NCBI GenBank assembly: GCA_964304625.1
Contig: OZ199839.1
Span: 7,976,297-8,040,296, forward strand
Origin: Kudoa neothunni
Taxonomy: Eukaryota > Animalia > Cnidaria
DNA: 64,000 nucleotides
Direction: 5' to 3'
Of this stretch, positions 39,567 through 52,437 are shown piece after piece. A program made the position numbers and the translations under genes. Every line of letters begins with the position of its first letter. The first letter of the stretch is position 1. The notes under the pieces are model-generated. The model was not told the DNA's origin, ran no database searches, and saw only the letters and a program-made list of their open reading frames with translations.

Positions 39567-40582
39567 TGACGGGTCGTGAGCGCTAAGCTTAAGAATAATA
39601 TTGCCCAAATGATGGGTCATGGACATTTGGAGAGAATCAAGAATTTTTGTTCTTTGAAAGATAGAATAGATAAAACGTCATATTATGAAATAATGTCCAA
39701 TGGGAAAAATAGATAACCTAAAATCCTCAATTATTTTAGCTGAAAATCTCCATCCTCCTTAATATGATTTTGGGTAATGAAGAATTCATTATGATGGCTC
39801 ATAATGAAATGAGAACTACATATTATTGCAAAACATTAAAAAATTAAAGTAAGACCTCGATATAGCGTAATTCATGATTTATCGGTGTTTTTCAACATAA
39901 AAAGTTCAACAAATAACGTTAACTATTGCGAACGGTGTTGGGGAAATATCCACCTCCAAAAATTCGTCTTTTTCGCGTGTGCAAACCTTCTGATTTTATA
40001 ATGAATCTTCTGTTTACATTTTTTAAATAGGGAGTAATCACAAATATCTTTAAAAATATCAGTCTAAAAAAATCAACCAAAATACAGCGTTGGCCATTAT
40101 CGTAGCGAGCGCGTAACTTTACTCGTTCTTTTTTTATGCTGTATTCCTCTAAGTTTCCACATATATATACAACTTTGAGATTATTATTATTATCTCCTAT
40201 CTAGTCTCGTTATAGCATTTGTGTGTAAAAACCATATCTAACTCAGTAGTCAGTAATAATAGATTTAGATAATTTGTTTGAATTTAAATTAACTTGTACC
40301 CGGACAGGACTCTATATATTAAAGTTTCGTTGAACAGAAATGTCAAAACCAACAAACTTTAGTTTATTTAATTTTCTTGGTGGTTTATTTTTTTAATGGT
40401 GCAAGATATTGTGATATTACTATGACCATCATAATATTTTCCATATTTATAATACATTAGAAACTTATAAATTATTTAGTAAATTATTGTACATGGACAA
40501 TACAAAAACTGGAACAATATATTTGTAAATGCAAGAATTACTTTTGTATAAGAAAGTTATATCATGATCCTTAGTTCTAGGC

Positions 40583-41848
40583 CAGTGTGTTCCCTACGGG
40601 GGATGCGAAGAGCCATCGTTAGGGGGGTGGGAGTCATTCAAGAATAAATTTAACAATTAATCTTAGTTTATTCATTTCGTATTGTTCGTTAGCCCCCGTT
40701 TAAATCATGTAAGGACGTAATGCGTATGGTAATATTTCTGGTTGTTTCGATTCAAAATGGGATTTGATAATTTATTTAATTTATAATTCATTCTGTTTGA
40801 TTCTACGAAATAGCGCAGTAAGGTAATAGTTTATATTATGCATGTTCAGCGTACAAAATCTAACTATCGCTATTTTCATGTAAAATAGTTACTTTGATAT
40901 CTTTCAAAATAACATATTTATACGCTCTAGCTGTACTTAGGTTGTCAGCATTTTTATCTACTTAGGAATAAACTATATCCATAAAAATAAAACCACGATG
41001 TAGTTATAACTTTGTCTCCTGTCTAAATTTGAGATCTATCATTTAATTACGTTGTTTTTATTGTTACATTTTAAGTTTTACTTTAAAATTTTTACCTTGC
41101 CTCTGATATAAATATAAGTTAAATTGTTCTTGAAAGTATAGGTAAAACAAGGATCAAAGCATTCATTTATATACATCAATAAACGAAAACAAATTTTAAC
41201 AATATATTAGTTATTTTATTCGAGTATATTTAGAAGGCATATTTTTTGAATTTTCGGAATTTTTCTTAACCTACTGCCTCAAAATTTATATTAAAATATG
41301 ATTCAATATAGAATAAGGAATTCGCTAGGTTTTTCTATACAAGATGGTATATGAGACAAGCTTATAGACTTCATTATATGCAAATAATAATTATCGGAAT
41401 TCATTAATCCCCGAAAACGATTTTCATGTTTCATATTCCTACAAAATGTCCTGCATTGAATTACTGATGAAAACTCAGCGGAAGTTAGAGAACCGCCCGA
41501 TCAAATAAATGCTGAATAACAATTGATTTTGAAATAATGTTTCTTGTGAACAATACGAATCGGCTATTTTTATTTGACTCATTTCATTTTTACCTTTAAG
41601 CACAGGACTTATTTAAGCGACCATACTGTTTATAGTTCAGTATTACGTTTATATTTATTTTTGACGTCTAATATTTTGGAATAATTGTAATAACATTATT
41701 TATTACTTTACATAAAAATGGTATATATAAGCGGGAATGAATAATAGCTCCAATCATTGAGTGTTAAATCATGAGGAGCGAAAAGATAATGTCGTCCATT
41801 TTCGATTATACATAGCAAGTTGAGTTAACCAAAACATTTTGGTTTTAA
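40583..41848. mobile_element. Truncated duplicate of the 9579 hAT MITE
   Basis: Left TIR CAGTGTGTTCCCTAC. The right part was removed by a ~1.1-kb deletion relative to unit 1. Confidence 0.6.
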
Positions 41849-42034
41849 AGTAGAAAAGTTTGTAGTTTTCGTTTTAATGCTATTTATCGGCTCTCAATTG
41901 TATTGTTGAAATGTTATTCAGTCTTATAGTTCGTGCTTCAATTACCTTGTTTCGTACCTATTGACATCTAGAGTCAAATTCATTATTATAATTTCTATTA
42001 AAATTAATAACGCCATTATAATTGAGAACCAAAA

Positions 42035-44296
42035 ATGTTGGTCATTGCATTGTTAATCCTTTCTCTCTGTTACAATGGTAAAATAAGCCGGGAGTGGGAT
42101 TATCCATAATAGATATATTTAGCCCACTCACACAAATACTACGTTCAACGAGATCAAACCGAATTAGAGGATACAATCCATCTAAAACTTGAAGGAGTTT
42201 CTGGAAGTAAATGCAACGTTCAATTGTTGGAAAGAAACGAATTTTTCTATCACTATATTGGGAGTGAATCTGAAGGAAAACAACTTAAGGATGTCCCTTG
42301 TGTCGGAAAATACACTATTCTAACTGGAGCTGCGTTCCCATTTTATTATGTACAGATAAGATCCGAATATGCAACTGAAACTCTTAAAATAATCCATAGT
42401 AATTCAATTTTTTGAATATTTTTTCTTAATTTTCTTGTAGTCACTGACAGTATTCCTCAAACTCAATTTAAAGTAAACGAAACCTCAATCGAATTCACCA
42501 CTAAAAATGTCTGCAGTCATCCTCAAACTTGTAAACTAACAAGTGGTGACAAAGTCCTGGATGAGTTCACTCCAACCTCTGAAACCGAGTGCAACACTGA
42601 AACCAAGCTCACCGGATTTTTTGATTCAATTGGCGATTCAGTCGAACTCTCTTGTGGTATCAATCAGCCAAAAATACACATGTATAGAAAAAATAATATG
42701 GCCATGGAGTTCAGTCCATTGGACAAACTTCCCTATCACATTGTTAAAGGAGATGCGGATAATAAGATAAAAATTGTTTTCGACGAAGATATGCAAGATG
42801 AAATATGCAAATTTGAAATTAATAAAAAGGATGGTGGAGCTCTGATATCAAAGTGTTCTGCCCCAACGAGTGAAGATAATTGTTATCAACTCTGCACTGA
42901 CGTTGTAATGGACTTAACATTTAATAAGGATTCGGAAAAAGATTTTAAAGTTAAAGTATCGACTAGAAATCATACAGGAGTAGAGAAAACTTTAAGAAGT
43001 AAAATCCTTGTTTAAATAATTTTATTTAAACGTCAATTAGTTGACAAAAGTAACCTAGAAGTTACTCCGAAAGAAACTAATGCAACTCTTTCTATCGCGG
43101 CCCTTAAAGATACAGATTTGACCTCTGCATCTTGTTCCATCGAGTTGAGAAAGCAGGAATTCCCTAAATTCAATATTGGCGTGAAATGCAATGCCGATTC
43201 GAAGACGCTATGCCCTACAAATTGTGAAAATGTTACCATTCTTGATCTCGAGCCAAACACAAAATATATCGTGAAAGTAACTTATACTAAAAATAGTGAA
43301 AGTACTCCAACCTATATTTCAGAAAAGTTATTTAAAACAGGTAATAAATAAAAAGTAATTGATCTAAAATTTAATTAAGCTGACTACAATATAACGCAAT
43401 TGCCTGAGATTAAAGCATATTACGAGCACGTAAAAATGACTGTAGCACCGAACGTGGCTCTGTTTGACAGAGTATACTGTAAAATTCAACAAAAAATGGT
43501 GGGCGAAACTGCTTTCAGCCCATCTGAATGCGAAGAATCGGTTGATTGTTCAGGTTTATGTGGACAACCACTCACTATTAAAAACCTTTTTCACGATACT
43601 GAATACGAATTTAAATATTTATTTGGAAAGTACGTTAGTGACCTTGATAAAAACAAGGTGACAGTATCGACAAGTAATGTACAATATTAATCTCTCAATA
43701 ACATTTATTAAGTTGCAACGCTTCAAAAAATCAATGTTACCCACACATGGAATAACACCGATTTGATAGTCACAACGACAATGGAGCAGATGGACCCAGA
43801 CCAAATTTGTGATTTTACATTTGCCCAAATAGTAGATGGAGTTGTCAAATATACTTACGGATTATATGATAAAACTACTGGATGGGAGGGGAAATGCAAC
43901 CAAGAAATAACCTTTTACAACACTGCTTCCTACAGAAGGGGCTCAATGAAAGTACAGGCCAGATACGTTAGTGAGCCGATCGTTGTGAGCCTTTGGGCTG
44001 GAGGAAATGAGGATAATTTTGATCCAAACTTTCCAGAAACTGGTAAACAAGGTAAATAATATTATATAAACATTAATTATAATCCATTTTAGGCACTTCG
44101 AATAGGTAAGATAGTTTATGTTAGAGTATTTAATTAACTACTAACTTTAATTTAGCGCTAATGTTGGTGGAACCAAAATTCTGTAATATTATCTGTTCCC
44201 ATACAGCTCTAATGATGATTTAGGTTGATTGTTGGTGGCGTTTTAATGGCACTGATGGTTTTCGCTATTGTTTTCTTGGTTTTGACAAAGAAATAA
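42035..44296 (+). CDS. Family B copy B2, intact 9-exon gene, 640-aa type-I membrane protein with 4-Cys FN3-like modules
   Basis: Exons 42035-42077, 42123-42398, 42441-42998, 43041-43340, 43380-43673, 43713-44051, 44093-44105, 44156-44182, 44224-44296 join into 1923 nt without stops. Motifs TILDLEPNTKYIVKV and LTIKNLFHDTEYEF. TM followed by TKK. Confidence 0.92.
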
Positions 44297-44697
44297 ATCA
44301 TATCTCATTATTCCATTGAATGAAATATTATTTGAATTTTTAGTATAATTAGCTAAGAATGAGATTTATGTTTGTGTTAAAATGATATATATTGGCTAAT
44401 AAATGTTCGTCGCATTTTATATAAAGACGCGCATCAATTACAATAGTAAATTTTAGTATATTATCAAATGTTTGTACCATTTGAATAAAGATAAGAATAA
44501 AATTAGTGTCACATAAGATTTAATAAATTACATTAGCTTTGTACTATTTCTTTTCTTAAAAATGAAAAATAGAGTTATTTATGAGATAAATAAGCATAAA
44601 TATAATTTTTTTGTCACATTAAATCTTATAGTTTTTAAAAATCTTAAGAGTATTTTATAGGTATGCTAGTAAATAGGAGGAATCAAATGTTTTTTAA

Positions 44698-46937
44698 CCT
44701 TCCAAGTAAAATGGGGTATTTTTATACCCCAGGCCTATTTAATATTTAATTTTTTACCTCAAATCTAAGTCTAAAATTTTTTATATTCCGTCTAACCTTT
44801 TGACGTTATATAATACATATTCTACCCGATACAATTTTTTTTTTGTAAAATAAAATATAACGCCAAAATACCCTCCAAGTAAAATTGGGGTATTTTTACA
44901 CCCCACATTTTTATTGATCTAAATTATTCCAAATACAAAATAATATTTTTTGGGGAAATTTGATACAATTTTATCAACAAATAGTACTGGTCATATTGTA
45001 ACGCACATGCGCTTCAGGACGTTAGGAATATGGGCTCGAGTGAGTATGGCGGCAGCTGCTCTGATACTGATTCTTCTGGCCTGGATTATTCCTTTACATG
45101 TGATACATCATCAGATAATTCGGAAGTTGAAACCAATGCTCCATCTGACTCTTTAATAGATAAGAATGGAACCTTATGGACAATTGAAAAACCCTCGACT
45201 TCTAGAACTGCGGCCGAAAATATTTTGACCAGTCGTGCTGGTGTTTCATCCTTCGTTTTGCAGAATGTAAATGAAATTCTTGATACGTTTAAAGTGTTTT
45301 TTTCGTCAGGAAATACATTATTTAATTTTAAAACATACAAATCAATACGGTAAACATTTTTTTGGTGATGCTTGGAAGCAATTAGATAGTGTCGAATTCG
45401 ATGGATTCATCGGATGTTTATTGTTAATGGGAATATTTGACGATAATCAACGACCAGTCAATGAATTGTTTGGGTTAGAAGAGGGAAGACAAGTTTATCG
45501 TGACCTATTTTCTTTAAATAGATTCCGACAAATCAAGAGAGCTCTTCATTTCGATGATTTCGAAACACGAGAGATAAGAAAAATGTCAGATAAATTCTGC
45601 CACATTCGTGAACTCTGGGATATCTGGGCCGACTCATTTATCCAGAGTTTTCGACCTTTTGAGGATCTTTGCGTCGATGAGCAACTCGTGGCTTTTAGAG
45701 GTCGTTGTAAATTCAAACAATATATGCCAAAAAAGCCTTCAAAATATGGCCTAAAGTTTTTTTTAATAATTGACCCAAAGTCAACTTTTGTTTGCAATGC
45801 AATTGTCTATTTGGGAAAACGATCTCAAAATGATACGAGGGCTGTGAATGTTGGGAGGAATATTGTTTTAAAGTTAGTGGAACCATTTGAACGTTCTGGT
45901 CGAAATGTCGTATGTGACAATTTTTTCACGTCTATTGAGTTAGCGGATGAATTGTTACAAAAAAAACTTACGATTGTTGGAACGATGCGTTCAAATAAGA
46001 GGGAGATACCACCATATTTGAGACCAGATAAAACGACTCCTCTTCATTCATCTCTTTTTGTTTTTAATAACAAAAAAATGATGCTAAGATATCTGCCTCG
46101 CAGAAATAATCCCGTTTATATGCTTTGTTACTCCTCAACAAACACCCAAATATCAACAGAAAGGCCACTAAAACCCGATGTCATAATGCATTACAATGCA
46201 GTAAAAGGCGGAGTTGATACGATTTCCAGATTATTGGCAGCAATAAATGTGAGACGAATATCTTGTCGTTGGCCGTTAATTGTTTTCTTTAACATGGTTG
46301 ATATCAGTCTGATTAATGCGTGTTGTATATACAAAAATTTATTCCCTTCCTCAAAATTATTCCGGAGGGAATTTTTGAAAATGATGGCAACCCAATTGAC
46401 ACATCGACTGCTTTTGAGACGGAAACAAAATATGACAGCTAGTGAAGATTCCTCTGTTATAATTGGACAAAATAGTTACGGGAGATGTCGATTTTGCGAT
46501 AGGAAGTATGATAGAAAACCAAAATAAAATGCGACGTTTGTGCTTCATCTTGCCGCAAATTCCATTCCAATCATATTTGTTTTATTTGTTTAAACCGATA
46601 ATTATATGTCAATTTTTTCTTATTCTTATTCTTTTGTTCGTTCATTTAACAAAATAATTCCAATGCTGCTTAAAAGCTTTCCTAAAATAGAATCTTAAAC
46701 GTATTGTCAATAAACACTCTACTTCTGCAATGTGATCAATTTTGATTTGTGCGCGTGCGCTATACATGCTTAGCTAGAAATATTGGTCTATGATTTCAAG
46801 TTTAATCGATAAAAATACTTCAAAATTTTCAAAAATAATTATTTTCAAATTCTTAATCGTTTGGTTTAAAAAAATGTGGGGTGTAAAAATACCCCAATTT
46901 TACTCGGAGGGTGTAAATTTTGCAGTGACTTAGAAGG
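44698..46937 (+). mobile_element. Young, nearly intact piggyBac transposon
   Basis: TTAA TSD (44694-44697, 46938-46941) with the empty site at ~14759 in unit 1. Terminal CCTTCCAAGT / ACTTAGAAGG. A ~40-bp internal inverted repeat at 44871-44912 / 46871-46911. Confidence 0.95.
45030..46601 (+). CDS. piggyBac transposase (DDD) with two homopolymer frameshifts
   Basis: Acidic N-terminus. Catalytic motifs CVDEQLVAFRGRC, VCDNFFTS, KGGVD. One extra T at 45297-45303. One missing A at ~46522-46525; restoring it completes the Cys-rich tail CRFC..KCDVC..C..H..C..C. Confidence 0.85.
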
Positions 46938-47291
46938 TTAATACTTTTATTGAAACGAATATTTTACTATTATAAATTTGTTTATATGATGCAATATTGA
47001 TAAAATGAAATAAATTGATAACAGTTATATTTATATTAATCGTTTGATTTCCTGGAGTTTTGTAGTACTCAGATTACCTTTTATCAAATGAAGAATTAAA
47101 ATAAATTTATATTAAGATAAAAATTCGCGACAAATTTTTATATGTAATAAATTAATGGGGATAATTAAAAAACCACCAATATCAATAAAAGTTAATTTTA
47201 TGGGGCTTGTGCAAGAAATATTTTATTACTTGGAATTTATGAAGATGAATAATAAAGCTATTATATTTGACTGTGATTACTTTTTACTTAA

Positions 47292-47540
47292 CCCTTAAAG
47301 GATAACCTTCAGTTCCATGCGCCCATCTTCATATTATTTTGTTTATAAATTTTGTTGTTATGCATGTTATATTTTGTGTATATTCGTCAGAATTTCATCT
47401 ACATTTTTAAATAAGCATTATCTACCGACCGACATAATAAAATAAGTTAATGGTTTGGCGAAATTACACAAATTATAACAGGTTTTACAACAAAATAATC
47501 GGGAGGTGGACGCGCGAATCCAATGGTTAGCCGTTAAGGG
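47292..47540. mobile_element. 249-bp TTAA-specific MITE (piggyBac-type)
   Basis: TIRs CCCTTAAAGGATAACC / GGTTAGCCGTTAAGGG. TTAA duplicated. Empty site at ~15102 in unit 1. Confidence 0.9.
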
Positions 47541-47957
47541 TTAATAAATATTTAATTAATTATCTACAATTTATGGTTAATAATTCTTGATTTTATTTTT
47601 GGATATTGGATCACTAAATTTGAACCTAAATCAAAAATATATATTCATAATATATCAAATAGCCATTATGATCTTAAATAATTATCCCATCAGATAAAAA
47701 GAAATAACAACGTTCACTATTGGTTTGAGTCACTTTATATATAATGATGTATGAATAGTTGGGTAGATACAAGTTATTTCCTGTTATTACCCACAATAAA
47801 ACGCAAATTATCCCCGCAAAACTACATATGTAAAATCATTCCTATCGCATCATAAAAAGATTATGCATATTTTTGTTAATCAACTTTTTAATTGGTACAT
47901 GAATTAATGATACTTAATTTAGTATTTATATGTATGGAATATTCTCATTTTTATATA

Positions 47958-50777
47958 CAGTCGAACTCCGTTTATCCGAAAATCGCGCTATCCGAATGAT
48001 TGTTTAAAATTTATTTGAAAATCATGTAGATTCTAAATAAAAAAATTGCGTTTAAGCAAAATTTCAGCAACCGCATTCCGAAACCTCTTTTTGCTGGAAT
48101 TTTCGGATAAAAATGTCTTGATGTCTGGATTAGTGTCAGGTTAAAATGGCACATACAGTTATTTTTTTGATACATACATTCGGTATTTATTCAATTTAAG
48201 TTTATGTTTGATTATCAGAAATAGCATAACGTAGATAATTAGTGTTTTATGTTCAAAATGCAACCATGTTCATGATGAACGAACAAATGTTGGGTAAATA
48301 CAAATTCCCTTATATCTTTTCATGGGTCATATAATATAAAAAATGGAATTTATAGGATTGCTTAATCACAAATTAGCAGTAACTTCATACGACCAATATA
48401 TCCACGGAGTTGACGCAATTCAACAATGTTCACACATCTGTATTATTCCCATAACATCACCACTTTTAGATCTTATTGAGTCGTAATAATCATTAACCAA
48501 TATAAAATTGTTGGAATAAGGCATGTCTTAATTAAAGAAGAAATTCTAAATGTCGTTATGGAGAAGTCTGAGAAAATACTCCTCATTGTCACTTTGTTAT
48601 TCATACCATCATTATTAGTACAGCTCGTAATGTCCAAATAGGGAAGAAATTATAAAAAAATTAATAACAATAATCCATTTTTTAGAATATAGAATGTATC
48701 ATTTTAATATGGCGCGGTGGCGTTGAGGTGGCACATATCGACAATACGCGTGCGCACACTACGTTGGATCTAGAACTACTGTACCTTAAATTAATGTTTC
48801 CACGTTGTCTTCACTAGTACAACCTATATAAAATAGGCAACCGATTTTGCATAATCCCTCCCGGACCATGAAAAAAATGTGCGAAATCGATCCAGAACCG
48901 ATTTTACACACGTTGGTACATGCGCAATCTCCATTTAAATCAGCGCTTCCTAACTAAAACTGGACTCGCACCCATTTGCATACGATAAAGTGTAACTGAC
49001 TTAAAATTTATCAAAAATTATTTTTAATTTTGATTGGATCTCGCACCATTTAAGACCAAAGTTCGCACCCCCAATTGGGAGCCCCTAATTTAAATATTAC
49101 ATTTTTAACACTTAAAAGTAAAATTTTAATTCTTAATCCCCGAGGAAACATGTTTGGATAAAGATGAGATGCAATATAATAAACTAGACTATATATTCTA
49201 ACATTTGAAAAAAATTTATTTTCGATTGTTTAATATTTTTCCACATGAAATCGTATAAGTCGTTCTCAAGATCTGAAAGAATTCTTAATCGATCATTGTC
49301 GTTGTTGAGAAAGAATTTTTTAAATTCGCTGATGGAATCAATAGCCTCTTTGAAATTCAGAACAGGGGTATCCTCAAATTTATCTTCAAGCATTTCCTTA
49401 TCAGATCCATCACCATTATTAAACAAATCTACTAAATTATCCCTACTATCTAAATCTAACGTAGAATGACCATTATATAGGCAAAAAATTCCATCCTCCT
49501 CCTGATGAAACATCTCCTTTATTTCACCATTAATTTGCTCTGGGCATATAATATCATTGCTTTCTCAATTAGATGCATTATTTATTATTAAATCCTCGCT
49601 TAGTGATATAGAGGACAATTCATCAATAGGAAAATAAGCTTTTTTAAAACAATTCCTAATTGTTTCTGGAGTAACCATACCCCAAGCATCCCTTATAAGA
49701 AACATTGCCTCTATTATGTTCGGAGGGATGGGCCAATACCTGTTTCAACACGAGCAATATATCGCTTAATCATAGCCCTTTTTTAGGCAGATTTAAACGG
49801 ATATATTATCCCCTGTTCAAGAGGTTGTAAAACACTCGTGGTTTTTGGGTGAGAAAAACCATTCTTATATTGCTCAAATTTTTTTTACAATGGCAGGATG
49901 TATTATCAAGAAACAATAACACATGCTTATTCCTTTTTTCAAATAATGGATTAAGCTTGGTTATATATCTCAAGAATACATCATTATTTATCCAACCTTT
50001 ATTATTGTTTTCATATGACACAGGAAATTTTTTAATATTCTTAAAACAACGAGGGTTTTTATGTTTGTCGATTATTAGTGGTTCGAGCTTTTCACCATTC
50101 ATTGAGGCACCTAACAAAATAGTTACTCGCTTCATAGATTGTTCGGTCCCCTTTAAACTCCTCTTTGATGAAACTACAAAACCTTTACCTACAAAATAAA
50201 TCAAAACGTTAAAAAAACTACATATACCTCTCTGTTGCTGGTAGAATAATGCAGATTCGTCGATATTATATGTACAATCTGAATTATAATTTTCACATGT
50301 CTTTAAGTTGTGGAATCCACTCTTCAACGACTGCAGAATCCACATCTGCGGCTTCGCCATGGAAATTAATTGTTCTTAGGTTAAATCGCTTTTTAAAACC
50401 CTTAAACCACCCAATTGTCACACTTCTGGCTTCTTATTTTCAACATAAAGCTCAATTCTTTTGTTGATGATATCAGAGGGGGTGATTTCGATTTTTTTAT
50501 CCCTCATCAAACAGATCAAATCACAAATACCTTGATCATAATTAATGCTTGATACGTTATGAATGTTCTTTCTTTAATTTTATGCTAATCCTCCTTCAAT
50601 AATAGAAATCATTTTCTCCTTCTTACGAAGAATCCCATTTAGGGTGGCAATATTCGTAATTTGGAAATGTTTTACTGTTGCTATTTGAGAATGTTTAAAG
50701 GGTAAACTTTCGAAATACTTTATTATTTTGAATTTCTCTTCCAAAGTTCTAACAACTTTAGCATTAGTTCTTGCCAT
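47958..50777 (-). mobile_element. pogo/Tigger (CENP-B-like) transposon, transposase pseudogene at 49184-50777
   Basis: TA|CAGTCGAACTCCGTTTATCCG TIR. HTH start RTLEEKFKII. Motifs GWLRGFKKRF..FHGEAADVD, YNIDESALFY, KRVTILLGASMNGEKL, LFLDNTSCH, LQPLEQGII, C-terminal KQSKINFF. Frameshifted. The second TIR was not found, and the link between this TIR and the ORF is inferred. Confidence 0.82.
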
Positions 50778-50819
50778 CTGTATTATTTAATTGATATCAA
50801 ACAAAAATTTAATCAACGA

Positions 50820-51290
50820 TTTTTTTTGTTTACAAGGTAAAACCCTTGACGCAACTTGTTAGGTTGAGGAATTCTGGTTGATCAGACCTCTTCCATTAAC
50901 GCTTTAGGCACCGCAGGACGTAACATGAAACCCCGTCGCTTATCTTTATGCGGTAGTGTGGGACTTTAACCCACAAAACATCCTCGTCTCAGGGCGACCA
51001 CCACCCCAAACCCTATCCCTTTAAGGACGTTGGCTCTGCGGGAACTGCAAATCATTTTGCCTTTCGATGGGTTCCGGAGATTTAAACTCCTATTCACGCT
51101 CACCCCACTTCACGCAAATCTGGCTGCCAGTGCATCCCACCCCACAGCGAGCGTACACGTTAATCACAGCTCCCAAATATGGGATAGAGACCCACCGACA
51201 CGGAAGCAGTAGTCTGACCACCGGCGGATTCGAATGCATTACCTCAAGGTTCTGAGTCCGAGTGTCACACCAATGTGCTATCTGTCCACG
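50820..51290 (-). mobile_element. tRNA-derived SINE
   Basis: GC-rich island. The minus-strand head has A-box TAGCACATTGG, an anticodon-like loop CTCAGAA and B-box ATTCGAATCC. The 3' end is GGGTTTTACCTTGT followed by an A-rich tail. Confidence 0.7.
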
Positions 51291-51299
51291 GCTCTTCTC

Positions 51300-51838
51300 C
51301 TTTCTTATATTGGATGAAGACTGCACCAATGTGGATATTAAATAGAGACAATTAACTCTCGAAAACTCAAATCTTTTTTCCATAAATGATCCCGACAAAT
51401 TTTGATTCGATGTATCAGAAAAAAGAATTGGCGATGTTCCTAAATATCCATTAATTTCAAAATTAATGATGAGCTTGCTCTCATTACCTTTCTTCTTCTG
51501 CTTGTTCCGAAAGAATAGTTTTCCAATTGAACATAATCAAAACGAAAAATAGATCATTATTGAAGATCGAAACATTAAACAACTTGATTTATTCTAAAAG
51601 TTTATTTTATAATAAACTTTGTACAAAATGGAATCTGCCTGAAAATTTAGTAACATCGTTCATAGAGAGAAACCTTTACGACGATAATTGTAATTACACA
51701 ATTTCATTTTATATAAATTAAAAAACATTTTAAATAACTACATTTTTTTTACGTTTTAATCTCTTTTTTGCGGCGATTAACTGTTGATACATTTTACTTG
51801 ATTTCGGTACATTTTTCATAAATCTGCTGACAACCCTG
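51300..51838 (+). mobile_element. 3' remnant of a hAT transposon (dimerisation domain + TIR)
   Basis: DPDKF*..KYPLISKLMMSLLSLP.SSA..ER..QLNIIKTKNRSLL. Ends in GCTGACAACCCTG. Confidence 0.75.
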
Positions 51839-52079
51839 GCTCGAGGGGACTCAACGGGTCGTGGGCACCTCGAACCCGATTCCTATTTTAGTGCTCACGG
51901 CCCGTCCGCCACTGTATTATTTAATGATATAATTTAAATAAAATGATTGTAGAATAATATCGTTGTATAAATTCGAAGGGACAAAATTTTTCCCTGCAGC
52001 GCTCGCGTGAAAAGTTCGAAAAATCGGTTACCTACTGTAGCACGCTCCCGAGGAAACCCGTAGTTTTCGTGCTAGTATT

Positions 52080-52437
52080 ACATAATTTAATAAAGTTATC
52101 AATGTCAAAAGAATCACATATATTCTTTTCTTTTTGACTGTATATATGTGAATAGATATATATGGTGTGGAATAAATTTCAGGTCGGATTTCCTTCTAAT
52201 TATAAAGAATGTGTCTAATTTCCGTGATATTCCTTTGAATTAATATTCAGGATAATAAATTATTATCCTTCAAAATATTTGTTAAGATCAATTAATATTT
52301 CCGAAATATTTGTATTGATGTTTCATTGGGTTTAAAGCGAACATTAATTCTGTGTATATATGTATTAATTATAATCCGGTTAAAATTTTGATTTTTATAT
52401 TGAACGAAAACTATCGTTATTTCTTTTGAAAAATATA
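52080..52437 (+). promoter_or_regulatory. Conserved upstream region of A4
   Basis: Homologous to the A2 and A3 upstream regions. Confidence 0.5.

Larger units (their letters stand above)
30945..48013 (+). repeat. Segmental duplication unit 2
   Basis: Colinear with 1-15574 (see unit 1). Confidence 0.9.

Noticed and set aside
51216-51286. Functional tRNA gene
   Set aside because: The acceptor, anticodon and T stems pair poorly and the B-box is imperfect. It continues into a body and A-rich tail, as expected of a SINE head.
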